The translations under genes were made by a program, and so were the position numbers. A stretch of DNA of 64,000 nt, taken from Camelus ferus (lineage: Eukaryota). The stretch lies in contig NC_045696.1 of the NCBI RefSeq assembly GCF_009834535.1, forward strand, positions 62,126,001 through 62,190,000, given 5' to 3'. Below are positions 26,920 to 41,734 of this stretch, piece by piece; the stretch's first letter is position 1, and every line of letters starts with the position of its first letter. The notes under the pieces were generated by a model. The model saw nothing but the letters and a program-made list of their open reading frames with translations. It did no database searches and was not told where the DNA came from.

Positions 26920-28300
26920 TCACTTCATTCAAAAAATATTTACTGAGTGACTTCTATGTGCAATTACTAATATATTTCAGTAAATAAGACAGTCCCTAAC
27001 CTCAGAGACTTACACTCAGGTAGAGAGACCAAAATACACACAAAATAGTGTACATTTGAGCATTTAATTACAACAGTGATGAATACCATCGAGCAGAGAT
27101 AGAAAGTGCAACAACAGGAGCTCTGACAATCTAAGGGGTAAAGGAAGTTTCTATCAGGAAGTGACTTTGTAGTGATCTCTGATTCTATCTTATCTTACAA
27201 CTCATTTCCAATCTGTCCTCAAACCCTTGAGATTACATTCAAAACATCTCATAATTCAGCCACTTAGCACCTCTATTATCACATTGGTTCAAGCCTGTAT
27301 GTATCCTTAACTGGGTTACTGAAACTGATGCCTAACAGGTCTCCTGCTTCCACCCTTATTACTACAGCGCATTTTCAACAAAACAGCCTGAATGATCCTT
27401 TCAAAGGTTAGGTTAAATAGTGTCACTCCTCTGCTCCAAAACTCTACAAAAGCTTAACATGATCTGCCCCTATCTTACCTTCTGACCTCATCTCACACTA
27501 GTCTTTCCCTTACTCATTCTGCTCTAACCACATTGGCCATCTTGCTATTTCTCATATATTCCAGCCTTCCTTCTGCCTTAGTCTTTGCACTGATTATTCC
27601 TCCAAATAGCTGCATCAACTTACAACTCTTTGAATAAGTATCACAAAAATGAGGGCTTTCATAAATACCCTATTTAAAACTGCAAAGCACAACCCCCATC
27701 TCACATCCCTGCTCCCCTTAATCTGCTGCAGATTTTTTCCTCCCATATCACTTATCACCTTCTAACGTACTAGATTATGTATTAACTTATTGTTTATTAC
27801 TTGCTTTCCCACTAAAATGTAAGCTCTATGAGGACAAGGATCATCTTTGCTTTGTTTAAGACCCTTGGTCAATGCATGATATACAACAGGTGCTCAATAT
27901 TTGTTGAATAAATGAGTGAACTGACATTTGAAATGAATGCTATAAATGAGCAGGAGTTGGTAAAAGACAAAATAAAAATCTTCTATGCACAAGGAACATT
28001 ATGTGGGGACCCTGAGCTAAGAGGAACCAGTGGCCAAAGAAGGAAAGAGTACTAAAAGATAAGTGGGGAAACAGACAGTGGGTCAAATAATTTACGATTT
28101 CTGAGTCTCATTAGGGATTTCCTACTTCATTCTGGGAGGAATGGAAAGCCAATGAAAGGTAATGACATAATTTGCATTTATAAAGATAATCTTGTAAGCA
28201 AAAGTGGTTATAAATTTGAAAGGTGAAAGTGTGAATGCAGATAGGCCAAGAAATCTAGGCAAGAAATGAGGGTGGTTTAGACTAGAGAGGCAAAAATGGG
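26920..28300. mobile_element. L2 fragments: plus-strand L2 (27180-27920) nested in minus-strand L2
   Basis: L2 3' end aaatgtaagctctatgagg...ggtgctcaatatttgttgaataaatga; reverse end cattcaaaaaatatttactgagtg. Confidence 0.75.
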
Positions 28301-28468
28301 GACACACTGGAATGTTGATTCATGTGAAATTTTGCAAACTGCAGTACAAATTAGACATAAATGTGAAAAGCAAAATAAAATTTCTTACAAATAGTATAGA
28401 ATATCTTTATGACCTTGGAAAACATTTCAGTAGGCACAAAAAGAACTAATCATAAACTGAACAATATT

Positions 28469-28584
28469 GGGGGCGAGGGTACAGCTCAGTGGTAGATTGC
28501 ATGCTGAGCATGCACAAGTTCCTGTGTTCAATCCCCAGTACCTCCATTAAAATAAATAAATAAACGTAATTACCCCTCCCCCAA
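28469..28584 (+). mobile_element. vic-1-like SINE, full length
   Basis: ggggcgagggtacAGCTCAGTGGtag (A box)...GTTCAATCCC (B box) cagtacctcc, then taaa repeats and a ta(c)n tail. Confidence 0.9.
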
Positions 28585-29104
28585 TTTTTTTTTTCAAAAT
28601 TCGACTATATTAAATTTCAGAAATCTGGTCATTAAATGATTTCACTAAGAAAAGCATGCTTCAGAGTGGGAGAAAATATATATTGCACATACATCTGACA
28701 AAGGAATCATATCCAGATAGAGACGTACGAATCAGTAAGATGGAAGACATAACTCAACAAATATATAAAAAACTTAGACACTTCACAAAAGATAGCAAAA
28801 TGAACAATAAACATATAAAAAGGTGTTTGTTAACTGTTAATCTTGTTAATGATAGGGAAAGTGCAAATACAATATGAAGTACCAGTACGTATCTACCATC
28901 CGGAATGGCTGTTACTAACAAAAAGACTGACAAGTATTGACAATTATGTGAAAACAACTGAAACTTGCACATACTGGTGGTAATTATAAAAACAGGCATA
29001 ATCACTCCACAAAAGTTTCCATTAGGTTCTAAAACTAAACATATCATTTTCACAACTGAGCATCTACACAAAAGACATGCACACAGGTGCATCAAAAAAA
29101 CATG

Positions 29105-29690
29105 CACACTCATTTCTGCTATACTGTTCTAAAAATGCAAATTTGTTCCAGTGCGACTGATATATTAGGGAATAATATAAAGAAAGCACAGATTTCATGT
29201 TTGCTTATGCTTAATCCTGTCCATGAGAAACACTAGGTAATGGCAGAAAATTGAACCCAGATGAAATGAGCCACACAGGAAAATATAAAAGGTAGATATT
29301 TCAGGCTTTAGTTTGAGTGTTACGAGTCACATTCATCCACAATTGGTGTAATAACCTTTTGTCCGATTTCAGATAACTCTCCCTGCCAGTGCTTAACAAT
29401 AACTCACAAGTTGCAACCCTGACACATTCCCATAGCAAACAAGATTTTTTTCAAGGTAAAATGCCATATTTATTGTAATATTATGTATTTCCTAGCCATT
29501 TAGCATGTGTGGAACTGTGCTGCCATTTTTATTAGGTTCTTACCTTTTTTACACGTGGCATTAACCAACTTCTAAGTTTTGAGTGCCCCATTTTCTCAAG
29601 ACATAAGCTCTGTGGTTTTTATTGCACAACTCTGCATAGTATCATGATTTTTAAGAATTTACACATTATGCTATGGCAGAAATAACTGTA
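29105..29690. mobile_element. Tigger-like DNA-transposon relic inserted in an old L1
   Basis: Degenerate inverted ends (catttctgctata ... tatggcagaaataactgta); the L1 sequence resumes after it. Confidence 0.55.
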
Positions 29691-31006
29691 AAAGAATGTT
29701 GAAAGCAGCACTAACCCAAAACTGGAAACAAACCAAATATCCATCAACAGAATGGGTAAATATAGTGGTGGTATATCATATAATGGATTATACAACAGTA
29801 ATATTGAAAAAAACTTCAAATCATGGATGAAATTCATAAATGTAAGAAAAAAGCTAGGCGTAAGAAGCTAGAGTACATACTGTATGGATCTTTTAATATA
29901 TAGTTTTAAAAGAGGCAAAACTAAAGGATAGTGTTAGAAATCAGGATGGTCTTTCGAGGAAAAGGGAGTAGTCAGTGAATAGGAAAGGTACAAGGGAGAT
30001 TTTGGGGATATTGGTTTATTTCTTTGTTTTAATTGAGATATAATGGACATAACATAAAATTCACCAAACTTTAAAGTATACAACAATTCAGTTGTTTTCA
30101 GTATATTCACAGAGTTGTGCAACCATCATTACTATCGAATTCCAGAACCCATTAGCAGTCCTTCCATTTTTTTCTCCCTGACCTGATGTATTCACAATGC
30201 AGTAATTCATCAAGCTATACATTTAAAATTTGTGGACCTTTATGTATGAGTATTATACAGTATGGCAATAAATTTTTAAAAGTCAGTGTTGACAAGACTT
30301 CAGATTAAACCTGGTAGACTGAATACATGCTTTAACTCTACTCTCTTGTAACTCTACTTAAATTAAAGCAGATGGATTGTTTTAAAAAATTAAATCACAA
30401 CAAAGTCAAAGAGAAAAGGAAAAGAGATGTCTTCCCTATACCAGAGTCAGATAATTTCCCTTCCACAAAGATGAACTCAGAAGGGCTGATACAAGGGAAC
30501 TTGAGATAGCAGAGACATTTGAAAACAAGAGCACATTACTGAAAGTGGACTAAGCGTGTATTCTTCTTAACCTACCTAAACTCGTATTTTTTTTTCTTTT
30601 CATAGAGTCATACTCTACCTCCTGATGTGCAACTTGCTTCAAGCACTTAATAACATACACTAGTTATAGAGACTGTATTTTTATGCCTGCCATTTTATAT
30701 TCCATTAAGTGGCTGTATGGCCGTACGAAACTAACAATCACTTAGATTGTTTTCCCGTTGTTTTTTATTAACATTACAAATAATATGTCAATAAGCATGC
30801 ATACTTATTTTTAAATATGTATTAATAATTTGTGTGAGTACATCTGTGACAGACGCTGGATCAAAAGATGAATATATACTGTCAAGCTGTCTTTCAAAAC
30901 TGTTGCACCACTGTATGCTCCCAACAACAGCACAAGAATTTGTTTCCTCACATTTAATTAATTTTTGACAATCAAGTAAGTTGAAAACTGTCAATTTAAT
31001 TTGCAT

Positions 31007-31143
31007 TAAAAAATTTTTTTTGTTGGGGGGAGGTAATTAGGTTTATTTATTTAATTATTTTTTAAGTGGCAGTACTGGGGATGGAACTCAGGACCTCGTG
31101 CATGCTAATCATGCATTCCACACTGAACTATACCCTCTCCCCC
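31007..31143 (-). mobile_element. vic-1-like SINE
   Basis: Homologous to the 28469 copy; degenerate TSD taa(t/c)ttg(c/a)att. Confidence 0.85.
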
Positions 31144-31613
31144 TAACTTGAATTTTTTAAGTGAGGTTGAACATCTCTCATAGACTTACTGGCCCATTTG
31201 TATTTCTTTTTCTCCAAACTCCTTGTTCATGTCCTTTGGTTATTTTCCTATTGAAAATGGCCTTTTAGTTTTTATTGATCTGTAGCAGGTTTTTTGAGTT
31301 GAAAGGGTTGGAAATTAATTCCTTTTCATAAATGTGGCAAAACTTTTTCCTGGTGTATCATTTATTTGTTCACAGTATCTTTCAAGATACAGAAATTCTA
31401 TAATCAAAGTTCAAACTTTATGCAATCCACAAAGAATGTCACAAAGTCAGCATTCTTAAACTTTTCTTCGAATTTTTCAGTCTTCTTTGTTGCTGTGTTT
31501 AGAAAAGCTTTCCATATAGAAAACCATTAAAAGCTTATTTTTATGGTTTCATTATTTTTTAACCTTTGAATCTTTGATCCATTTGAAATGTACTGTATCA
31601 TCAGGAATAGTAT

Positions 31614-31965
31614 TGTCATAGACTAAATGTTTGTGTCCCCCTCCAAATTCATAGGTTGAAATTTTAATCCCCAATGTGATGGCATTAGGAAATGGGGCCT
31701 CTGGGAATTGATTAGGTCATGAGAGTAGAAGCTTCATAAATGGGATTAGTGCCCTTAGAAAAGAGACCCCAGAGAGCTCCCTCACATCTTCCTCAATGTT
31801 GAGGACACAGGAGGAAAATGACAATCTATGAACTGGGAAGTGAGACCTCACTAGTGATTTGATCTTGGACTTCCAGCATCCAGAACTGTGAGGAATAAAC
31901 CTGTCTTGTTTATAAGCCATCTAGGCTATGGTATTCTGTTATAGCAGCCCAAGAGAACTAAGACA
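31614..31965 (+). mobile_element. MaLR solo LTR (MLT1A-like)
   Basis: TG...CA; aatgtttgtgtcccc.ccaaattcata.gttgaaa; ttggacttccagcatccagaactgtgag; AATAAA; gttatagcagccc..actaagaca. Confidence 0.9.
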
Positions 31966-34954
31966 GGATGTTGGAATTTCTCATTAAAACAGGCAATTTC
32001 TCCTACTCCTGCATTTTGCTTCCTTTCAAATATTCTTCCTTACAATCTTTAAAAGTAATTGCCCTTATTTTAAAATAGATTTTTTAATAAAAATGACACA
32101 TGCTCATTATTTTTAAAAAGTAACAGAAAAGTACTAAAAAATCTCCATTATCCAAAAACAGTCATCATTATTAAGCAAACATTTCCAAACATCTCACTAG
32201 GCATATGTTCAAAGTAGAGACGTATCAAAACCAAAAAAAGTTTCAAGAAAATGGAATACTAATTATTCCACTTTAAAAATAAATTGGTATTAATTTTCAT
32301 TTTACTACATCAGAAGAAATAGAAGAAATACAGTCACAAAGCCACAAATTAAATGACAAATGAGAATCTGGCAAGAGTTAGATCAGTTACCAACTGTTAA
32401 AAAAAAAAAGACAAGAAATAAAGCGGACAGATGCTTTATAGGACAAAGATTTTTACTTTAAGAAAATAAAAGAGCCAAGTGTTGGTAGAAATTGATCAAT
32501 CTCAAATATTTCTTGCAAAAATAACCCTCTTTAAACAAAGTCCTGCAAAAATGAACAAAAAGTAAAAGAGACAAGATCATGCTGCATGCAATTTTGTGAG
32601 AAAAAGATTACCTTACTTTTTAAATCCAAGAATACACAATGTGATGATAATCTAAATTTTGTACAAGACAAAATATTTTTATGATTTTCACTTCTTTTAA
32701 GTTATAGTTTAATAAAAACTTTTCTGCACTTGTTTTAATTTGGGTGGGTGCAGTCTATAAAACATATGAGGTGAATTAAATGATCCAATTCTCTTTTCAG
32801 TCGTAACACATGGGCCCCTAAAAGTCTAAAGTAGAAACTGAAATGAGAGATCAAGTTAAGGTCACTCAGACAAGTTTTCTGTCCAAATGATGGATAAATG
32901 AATGAGTTGAACAGGGGAATATACTTTCCTTCTTCCTCTCAAAAAAAAAAAAAAAACCAGAAATCAAACCTTCAAATATTTCTGGCTTTTTTTTTTAAAG
33001 TCTTATAACTGTCATCCACCAGTGTGTTTCAAAACTATTCACATTTTCAGACTAACATCTTCAGGGCAGTCTGTCCTCTCTGCAAAACCAGTACTTTCCT
33101 TTAATTGACCTAAGCTCACAGATTTTTCCCCCTTTATAAAAATCTAGGACTTGATAGACATAGGGATCCCTATATTCCCCTTACTAATAAGTCCATCTAA
33201 GAATGGGTACAGATTTCAAACATTACTACAGCATTCTCCATGTGCCAAGCCTTATGCAACATTTTGTAATCATACTCCCTTCTCCTCCATATTTCTAACT
33301 AATAAAATCTGATATTTGCAGTCTGAAAGGTCAGATACTACTATTCACTTTAAGCACATTTATCATGTCCATAATATACTTTTCAGGAGATACAGAAACT
33401 AGAAATGCAAAAAAGCATTCTAGGTACCAGTGCTTCATAATTTTATAAAAGTTGAAATATTTCCATTACAATTCTTAATGGAATTTAAAGCACTGTTGAT
33501 CTTTCAGACTGAAATCTATAAGGAAGTCAACTTCCAACTTGCACAACTATTCACTTATTTAGCTTAATAAATATTTACTTTTACTGATTACATTAAGCCA
33601 GCCATTATTTGAACAATCTCATGTAAAAACAGACAAATATACTTCAAGAACACTATGCTTTATAATCATAGTTGAGTATCATAAATCAGACAATAGAAAA
33701 TATAATTTAAGTTACTAAACAAGAAAGCCAATTCTCTTAAAATTTAACATGTTTCCTACATAATCAAATTTTTTAACCTAGGACCACAATAAATGTGAAA
33801 TGGAAACTGTATTACTGATTAATATTTTAAAAATCTATTTGAAATGGACTAATGTAAGTGCGAATGACAAAAGGGGATGGAAACTGATATTAACTAAGAG
33901 AAAATGATGAAAAACTAATAAAACAGAAAAATAGGGCTACACAGGCAGTGTAACACTAGAATCTCTAACCAAAGAGAAATGTAAGTACATCCCATGGTTA
34001 ACAGAGAACTGTGAAGTGGGTTTTAAGATGTCTGACATCCAAAGACAGACTTGCCTAAATTAGCTGAATAAGTGGGTCAAGTCATTAATTTTCTTCTGGA
34101 TCTCAGTTTCCTTATCTTTAGGATGAAGGAAAGGAATCAGATGTTCTCTGATTCTTCCTGCTCTAAAATTCCATACTTCTGTGTTACTTAACACCAGAGA
34201 AAACTAAGAATCTGTCTACTTCATTACCAAAGGGCTGCCTGGTTGCTGTCTACCATTACTTTTCCCTGATTCAATTTTCCAGGCACTTCTCCAGTAGTAA
34301 CTGGAAGGCACTGGAATCAAATTCAGTCTGACAACCACCTTCAAATGACTCATGTTCCTCAGACAGACTCCTCATTACAAACCATTTTGTATCTCTGTTA
34401 TGTAGTATCTAACTCTACCAGCAAAGTAGATCACAACAAAAGAAAGAACATTACTAACCAGTTATGAAAACTCAAACAGACAGCTTTAACTATAAGCCGG
34501 AACCAATGCTGTCCTTTTATTATTATCTGATTTATTGATTAGGCTCTAGTGAGATTTAACAATGCAATCCTACAAGCCAATAAACAGAGAACTCTTGGGA
34601 TAAATGTAGCAACTGCCCAGGACCAAAAAACTGTATTTCTGAGAAAAAATACCAGAGCAAAACCATCTTTTCAAAGTAGTTTCCATGTAATTATCACACA
34701 GATGGAACCTCACTGAGGTCTATCATGCAAAGTATTTTTTAATAGTCTAAATCAGACCTTAAACATTTACATTTTAAGACAGGACACCAGAAATTCTGAG
34801 GTTTTCCTTTCAAAAATATTTTTAATGTCACCCTTTTTATTCCATTATAAAAGATATTTCCAAAAAATATCCATTTTAATAAAATAAAAAAATTAGTAGC
34901 CCCAATTAATTGATCACTGAAAAGCAGCTTAAGAAAAAAATTTTTTTATCTTAC

Positions 34955-35121
34955 CTCTACACTAGGGCTAAGGCTGCTTGGTAGTGTTTCTGAAGTCACA
35001 GTAGTACTTGGAAGGCTGGAAATTTCCCAAGTATTCACAGGTTGTATTGGTTCAGACTGCTTTGAACGATCTATACATTTTGGATTATCCAATAAGGTCA
35101 CTTCATAAAATTCTTGAATAT
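34955..35121 (-). CDS. DLG1: DLG1 exon 4: [56 protein letters not shown]
   Basis: 167 nt, ctccag| acceptor, GAG|gtaaga donor, continues the frame of exon 3 and ends in phase 0; the gene continues beyond position 1. Confidence 0.98.
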
Positions 35122-37218
35122 CTGGAGGTAAGGAAAGGAAAAGAAAAATTCAAAAGTATATTTTCTAATTAAACATTACTAAAACAACATAACTCAAGTG
35201 CAAAATTTTTACTCTAGCTTAGTAAAATAAATCCAATCTTAAAATGTACTTAAACAGTGAGTATTTTCTCATTTTATTATGCCACAGTCATTTCAGAACT
35301 TTCAGGGCACAGTGTAAAAGTCATAGGCTTTTTATACTTCAAAGTCAGTACTGAGTTCAACTCCCTATTCCTTCATCAATTAGCTACATACACAGGCAAA
35401 TTACTTAACCTCTGATAACTTGCCTCTTATCACTGTGAATTGTTACAAGAATTCAGTGTAATACATACAAAGTACACAACAGCATACATTCAGCTCCTAA
35501 CAGACAGTAGTTAATACTATTATTGTGAATTCTGTAGATGTAAGTCATTACTGATATTTTATATATTTGTACCATCAATATCCAGGCTGGGAATGTAAAC
35601 CCCTCAAGTGGTTTTAACTGCCCTTATAAACAAAGTAAAACAACAAAAAAAGAATATTATGTTTAAATAAAATCAAAGAACTAGGAAGTATTTTTAGATA
35701 CCCTCTAGTTTAAATATTTAGAAATAGTTTAAATATTTTATGTTATTTTAGAAACACTCAGTTAAAGGTAAGACAAAACTCTAAAAGAAACCATAAAGGT
35801 ACTTATAGCAGCAAAGGATTATTTGGAAGATCAAGTTACTTTGCTATCAGTTGGAATTATATGAACTTAGCATATTAACACTTGTTATTCATGCTACTCA
35901 GAAGCTTTGAGTGGTAGTCTATATAATGTTTAAGTACATCACTATTAGTTTTTTATTCACCTCCTGGTATAATTTTGAGTCAATTTGTTAAAGGAGGGAA
36001 ATTATTATTTAATAGCAAAGGTGGGTTATTACCCTGTATAGAATCATAAACAGTAACTAAATAACATTTATACAGAATAACTTTGTTTCTCAAAATGATG
36101 AAAAGATTAGTATCTCCTTTAAAAAACAATGTTCTTTAAAAAACAATGCTACAGAGACAAAGTAATTCCCTTTTTAGTTTTGACTGATAACCACTGGAAT
36201 TGTACAACTTTCTAGGCAAAGGGCTAATAAAAACTAAGGTCTGACAGTGAGAATAATACCAACCTACTTCACAGGATGTTAATATTACTGGAGAAAACTA
36301 TATGTGAAAACATTTTATAAACCATAAATCACTAATTAAAACTGTTCACATAATCATCACAAAAAATTAGAAACTAAAATTCAGAGTATTAGTTACAAAG
36401 CATTTTTACCAAACAAAAATTGTTTAACCTAAACCTAAATCAAGTCTTTGGAACCAACTTCTAGTTCAGAGGAAATACAGGGGACAGAGGAATAAGTTAA
36501 AGGACACCAGAAAAGCAAACAACAAAACAGATCCAGAGGGAGACATTCTACAACTGACCTGGTTTCTTTAGAAAGTCAATGTCATGAAAGGGAAAAATAA
36601 ATTGTTTGAAAGTAAGGATTTTCCTGAATAAAGGAAGTAAAAGACATAGCAACTAACTTCAGTGTTAGAGCCTTAACTGGTATATGTGTTTGGGGGAGGG
36701 GGGGTGAACTATAAAAGACATTGTGACATTAATTAGGGAAATTTAAACACAGATCATTTTCCAGAATATATTAGGGGAAAAAATTTTAGTATAAGATATA
36801 TACATGTGTGAGAGTATGTATATATTTATGTAGTAGAACAAATATTTCTATATATATGTAAGAGATGTATTTTATATACACAGGAGATAAATATTTGTAC
36901 ACCTATCTACTTACCTACCTGTCTATATACAGAGAGATCGATTTCCTACCCTCCTCCCACCAAAAAAACAAACACACAAAAAAATAGCTCCTAGTACAGT
37001 ATCATGCCCTCCAAGAGTACTAATTGAGTGCTGAGCAACTGGTTACCAACCCCAAGATAAACGGCCCACATCACTACATAAAATTTTTATTGTATCTTCC
37101 ATATTTTGTAAGTTAACTTTCAAACCTTAAATTTCTGTGACCTTTTTATTTTGTAACTGACTAGCAGAAATACTGATGTATTGCCATTTAATAACATCTC
37201 TTAACAAAAACTCTAGAC

Positions 37219-37419
37219 CAATGCTGTCCAAAAGTCACTTTCTGTAATGATGAATGTTCTACAGCTGCACTGTCCAATATGTAGCCACTAGCTATATATG
37301 GCTATTGAGCATTTAAAATGTGATTAGTGTGACTGAGAAACTGAATTTCTAATTTTATTTAGGTTTAATTAATTTAAACAGCCACATGCAGCTAGTGGCC
37401 ACAGTACAGAACAACAGAG
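37219..37419 (+). mobile_element. MER3-like hAT-Charlie element
   Basis: ctgtccaatatgtagccactagc...gccacatg..gctagtggc; 8-bp flanks ctctagac/atctaaac. Confidence 0.85.
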
Positions 37420-37684
37420 ATCTAAACTAATATAATGCAGAGTAACATTTTACTATCTAGCATGGTCACAGAAGAAAGTGTTCCCTACATGAGTTTTTCA
37501 AAAGTTCATTTGCAACTTGCTACTATCAATTAAAATGTCTCAATTTCAGGTCTTACATTCATTTATTAAACAGTCGTTCTTAATTTGCTGTTCTGAGCTC
37601 CTATGGACTAGAGAACCAAATATCCACATTTTATATCCCATGCACTTTACTCATTTAAGCTCCCCTAGACTCTCATTCATCTTA

Positions 37685-38403
37685 TTTTTTTTATTGTGGC
37701 ACAATATGTATAACATAAAATTTATCATTTTTAGGCGTGCAGTTCAGTGACATTAAGGACATTTACATTGTTATCCAACTATTGCCACTATCCAACTCCA
37801 GAACTTTTTCATCATCCCAAACTGAATTTCTGTGCCCATTAAACAATAACTCCCCATTCTGTCCTTACCCTAGTCCCTGGTAACAACTTTTCTTACTGTC
37901 TCTATGAATTTGACTATTCTAGGTGGTTCATGTAAGTGGAATCATACAATATTTATCCTTTTCTGTCTGGCTGATTCCACTTACCATCATGTTCAAGATT
38001 TATCCATCCATGTTATAGAATGTACCAGAATTTCATTCCTTTTAAAGGCTGAATAATATTACATTGTTTACATATACCACATTTTGTTTAGTAACCATTC
38101 ATCTATTGATGAACATTTGGGTGGTTTTCACCTTTTGGATGATGTGAATAATGCTGCTATGAACACGGGTATATAAATACCTCTTTGAGTCCCTACTTTC
38201 AGTTCTTTTGGCTATTACCCAGAAGTGGAATTACTAGATGAAATGGTGACTTTAAGTTTCAATATTTTGAGAAACCATCATACTGCTTTCCATTGTGACT
38301 GCATCATTTTATATTCCTACCATCAGTGCACAGGGTTTAATTTCTCCATATCTTCATTAACCCTTGTTATTTACTGTTTTGTTGATACTAGCCATCCTAA
38401 TGG
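37685..38403 (-). mobile_element. L1MB-like 3' end
   Basis: Typical reverse L1 3' UTR (gtaagtggaatcatacaatattt, gtgaataatgctgctatgaaca). Confidence 0.88.
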
Positions 38404-41400
38404 GAGTTTACTCAACGTATTTTGTCTTAAGTGTGATATAGTTAATAATGTGGTTATTTATTCAAAGAAATACATAATAAAACACCAAAATGACTAAAGG
38501 TACATCCATGTATCAGAACAGAAAATATTAAAAAGACAGATAATACTCTGTAGTGTTTAAGGAATAGTGAATTAGTCAGTCCTGCACATAATGTCTAAAA
38601 AATTAATTGCTATAACATTCTAATGGTAATTTTAAAAATTATATCACAAGCCTTTTGAATTGCACATCCCCTTTTACTAAGTAATTCATTTCTAGGAACT
38701 TACCCAAAGGATATATTAAAAGATGTAGAACAACAAAGAGGCTGGGACATTATGTTGTACACCAGAGACTGACACACTGTAACTGAATATACTTAAATTA
38801 AAAAAAAAAAAGAGGCATATACAAGTGCAATGTTGTTTATAATTCAGAAAAATTATATACCTAAATGTTCCAGGAAATTATTAATGAAACTAGAACAAAT
38901 CCATACAATGAAATAGTCATTTAAATGGTAAAAATCTATTGATATGTAAAGGCACATAATGATAAATTTTGTGGGATAAAAATAGTTAAAGGTAAAGCAC
39001 AGAGAAGCCACACTGTATACACTTAAGCAAATTCAACCATAGCACCTCCTTCCACCTAAAAAGGGGTAATTCTACCTATCAGTCTATCCAGTAAGTGAGT
39101 ATCAGCAAATAAAAAGTGAGACAGAAGACTTCCCTCAGGTAGTCTCCATTTTCACAGCATCTCTCCATGTATCACTGGGCTGAGTGTGATTCTAGAATTA
39201 TATGCTTTTTGTACAAGAGGTCACTTAAATACAAGCCAACCACTTCACCTGTTGCTCAACTGAAGAAACAATTTCTTTCTACTAGAAGAAACAAACAATT
39301 GTATTGTAGTTAATAAGAGACAATGTTAAATTCCTAAAGGAATTTCGAGGATAATTTTAATCTGACATTTTTCACTTTACACACTGATTTTTAAGAATCA
39401 ACTCCCACTGAGTTGTAGAAACAATTATACTGTGTTTTACTTGCGTAGGGAGTTTGTTTTGCAAAATGGAAGTGTATACACGCGCGCACATACACACACA
39501 CAAGGATAATATCCTAAAAGGATATTCACATTATGGAAAAAGTAGGAGTTTATTTTTGGTGTGAGAATTTTCTCACTTACAATATTTTATATAAAGTACA
39601 TTTATCTAATCTCAAATGTTTTACATGGAACATAATTCCATTTTGGAGGGTTAGAGAGAAGTCATCTAGAAACCTGAAAAACAATGAAATATAAACCCAC
39701 CATTTTGGAGGGAAAAACTTTGTCAGTTAATTGACTAAAATAAACTAAAATATACAACAGTCAAATCTACTCAGGCACAGATATTCTGCCATCTTCTAAA
39801 CCAAAGTACGCTGAAAAAGCCATTTTGATTCCTGAAGAGAAAAGTATATAAAATTTTAAAGTGTGTATTACAATTTGTTGTTTCACACACTAGGAAAAGA
39901 AAAAAAGTCAAGCTGGTGTCCAAAACAAATTATTCCAACACTTAAATACTGTATGACTAACAGTCATAGCGTATTCCTTAAAACAAGGTGTGTATCAAAA
40001 CAAACCAAAGCTTCTCAAAGAAATGGTTGATTCTAAGGCTAGGGCAGGATGTGTACAAGATGAACCTGAAATACCTTGTTTTGACAAAAAGTAAGAAAGT
40101 GCTTAAAAAAAAAAAAAAAAGATAAGGGCATGTCATAAGGACCAAGAACAAGTTTGAGAAGGCTTCCACTAGGTAAATCTGAGACAATATAAACACCAAA
40201 GTCATTAAGGATGGTAATAAATTATCAACCACTGAAGAAATATGATAGCTAGCTAGGCAGATAGACAGACAGACAGGTGGGAAAGGAGGGGTCTTAATTA
40301 CAATAAAATACCAAGTGTTAGTTGGAGACTACAGAGAAGTGCTGCTGTTTAAAAAACTGTCATTTTTCAACTGCTATTTCCAACATAGTAAAAACTGGTT
40401 CAGGCAAGCATCATCAATGTATGCTAAGTCTAGAAGGAAATTTTGCTAAAGAGCAGGGTATGTACAAGGTGTTAAACTGTCTCCCTCACATGTTGCTTAT
40501 AAGATACAAAGGGAAAAAAGGTAACTTTAGAGTGGAGAAACAACACCTTAATTGGGTGATCAAAATTAACATTACCAATGAAGGGCAGAAGACATTATGT
40601 AACTCTAGATGTACAGAACCATATAAAATACATAACCTGAGTCTAATCACAAGCAAAATGAGAAACAGTATATAAAAAATAAGAGCAGAGGGGAACTGTA
40701 TTCTTCAAAAATATCAGTATCATAAAAGACAAAGGATGAAAATGTGCCCAAATTAAAGGAGACTAAAGAGACATGACAAATAAATGCAATAGCTGAATAG
40801 TGTACTGGAAAAATAATTTGAAAAGGCAAAATTTAGTGGGAAAAAATCTGTCCCTACAAAGATGAAATAGCTTAGACTAGAAGAAATATTTACAGATGCT
40901 TTTACAGCTCTGTGATAAGGTTCTAAAGACAATTGAACTAGATTCAACATAATCAAAGCACCACTTCAGAATAGTAGTAAGCAAAACTACTAACAAACAA
41001 ATAACAATCCAATTCAATCAAAGCCACCAACTAAATAGTTAAAATTCCTTCCAATTCCAAAAAGTTTTAGCCAATAGTCTGATCCACATCCTGTTGTAAA
41101 TGTTTTCCTCTCAAATCTAGCCTGCAAGTTACACGCACACGCACATATGCATAAAGTTAGCAATAGACTAAAGTATAACATCACTGGGACCAAAAATAAA
41201 CAAAAAAAAATCTAAGAAATTTTGACATTTAACCATCATAGGTGGAAGTTTGTAAACTTTGATTACTAAGTAAATACGCTTTTCAAAATGTGTAAATTCT
41301 ACCATAAACATCATTCTATCATTATAAACATTCTCCAAGTAAACACTATTTTTAAAGTAGTGCTTTAAAAACACTGACCCTACAGATCGACATCTACGTT

Positions 41401-41469
41401 AAACATGCTTGTTGTTAGTGTTCCTTATTGTGTTAAAATATTCAACTTACCATAGCGAACATTCTAATG

Positions 41470-41705
41470 GTTGAATGTGAGGAGAGGCTCTGGATTCAGA
41501 TTAGTTGAATCCTATTTCTGGCTCCATAATTTACTATTTGAGGGTCCTTGGGCAAGATACATAACCTCTCATTGCCTCTGTTTTCTAATTTATAAAATGG
41601 TATAATCACCTCATAGGTGAATATACACCTCATAGGATTATGATGACCAAATAAGATACTTTTATTAGCACAAAGAAAGAGTTCAATAAATGTTAGCCAT
41701 CATTA
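41470..41705 (+). mobile_element. MIR SINE (other MIR relics at ~9620-9820, 21715-21900, 35310-35525, 63640-63750)
   Basis: MIR core ccttgggcaagatacataacctctc..tgcctctgttttct..tataaaatgg; tcaataaatgttagc end. Confidence 0.8.
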
Positions 41706-41734
41706 CTTTTTACATAGTTAAAAAAGCCATACTT

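Noticed and set aside
28469..28545. tRNA gene (A and B boxes)
   Set aside because: It is the head of a multi-copy SINE with an AT-rich tail.
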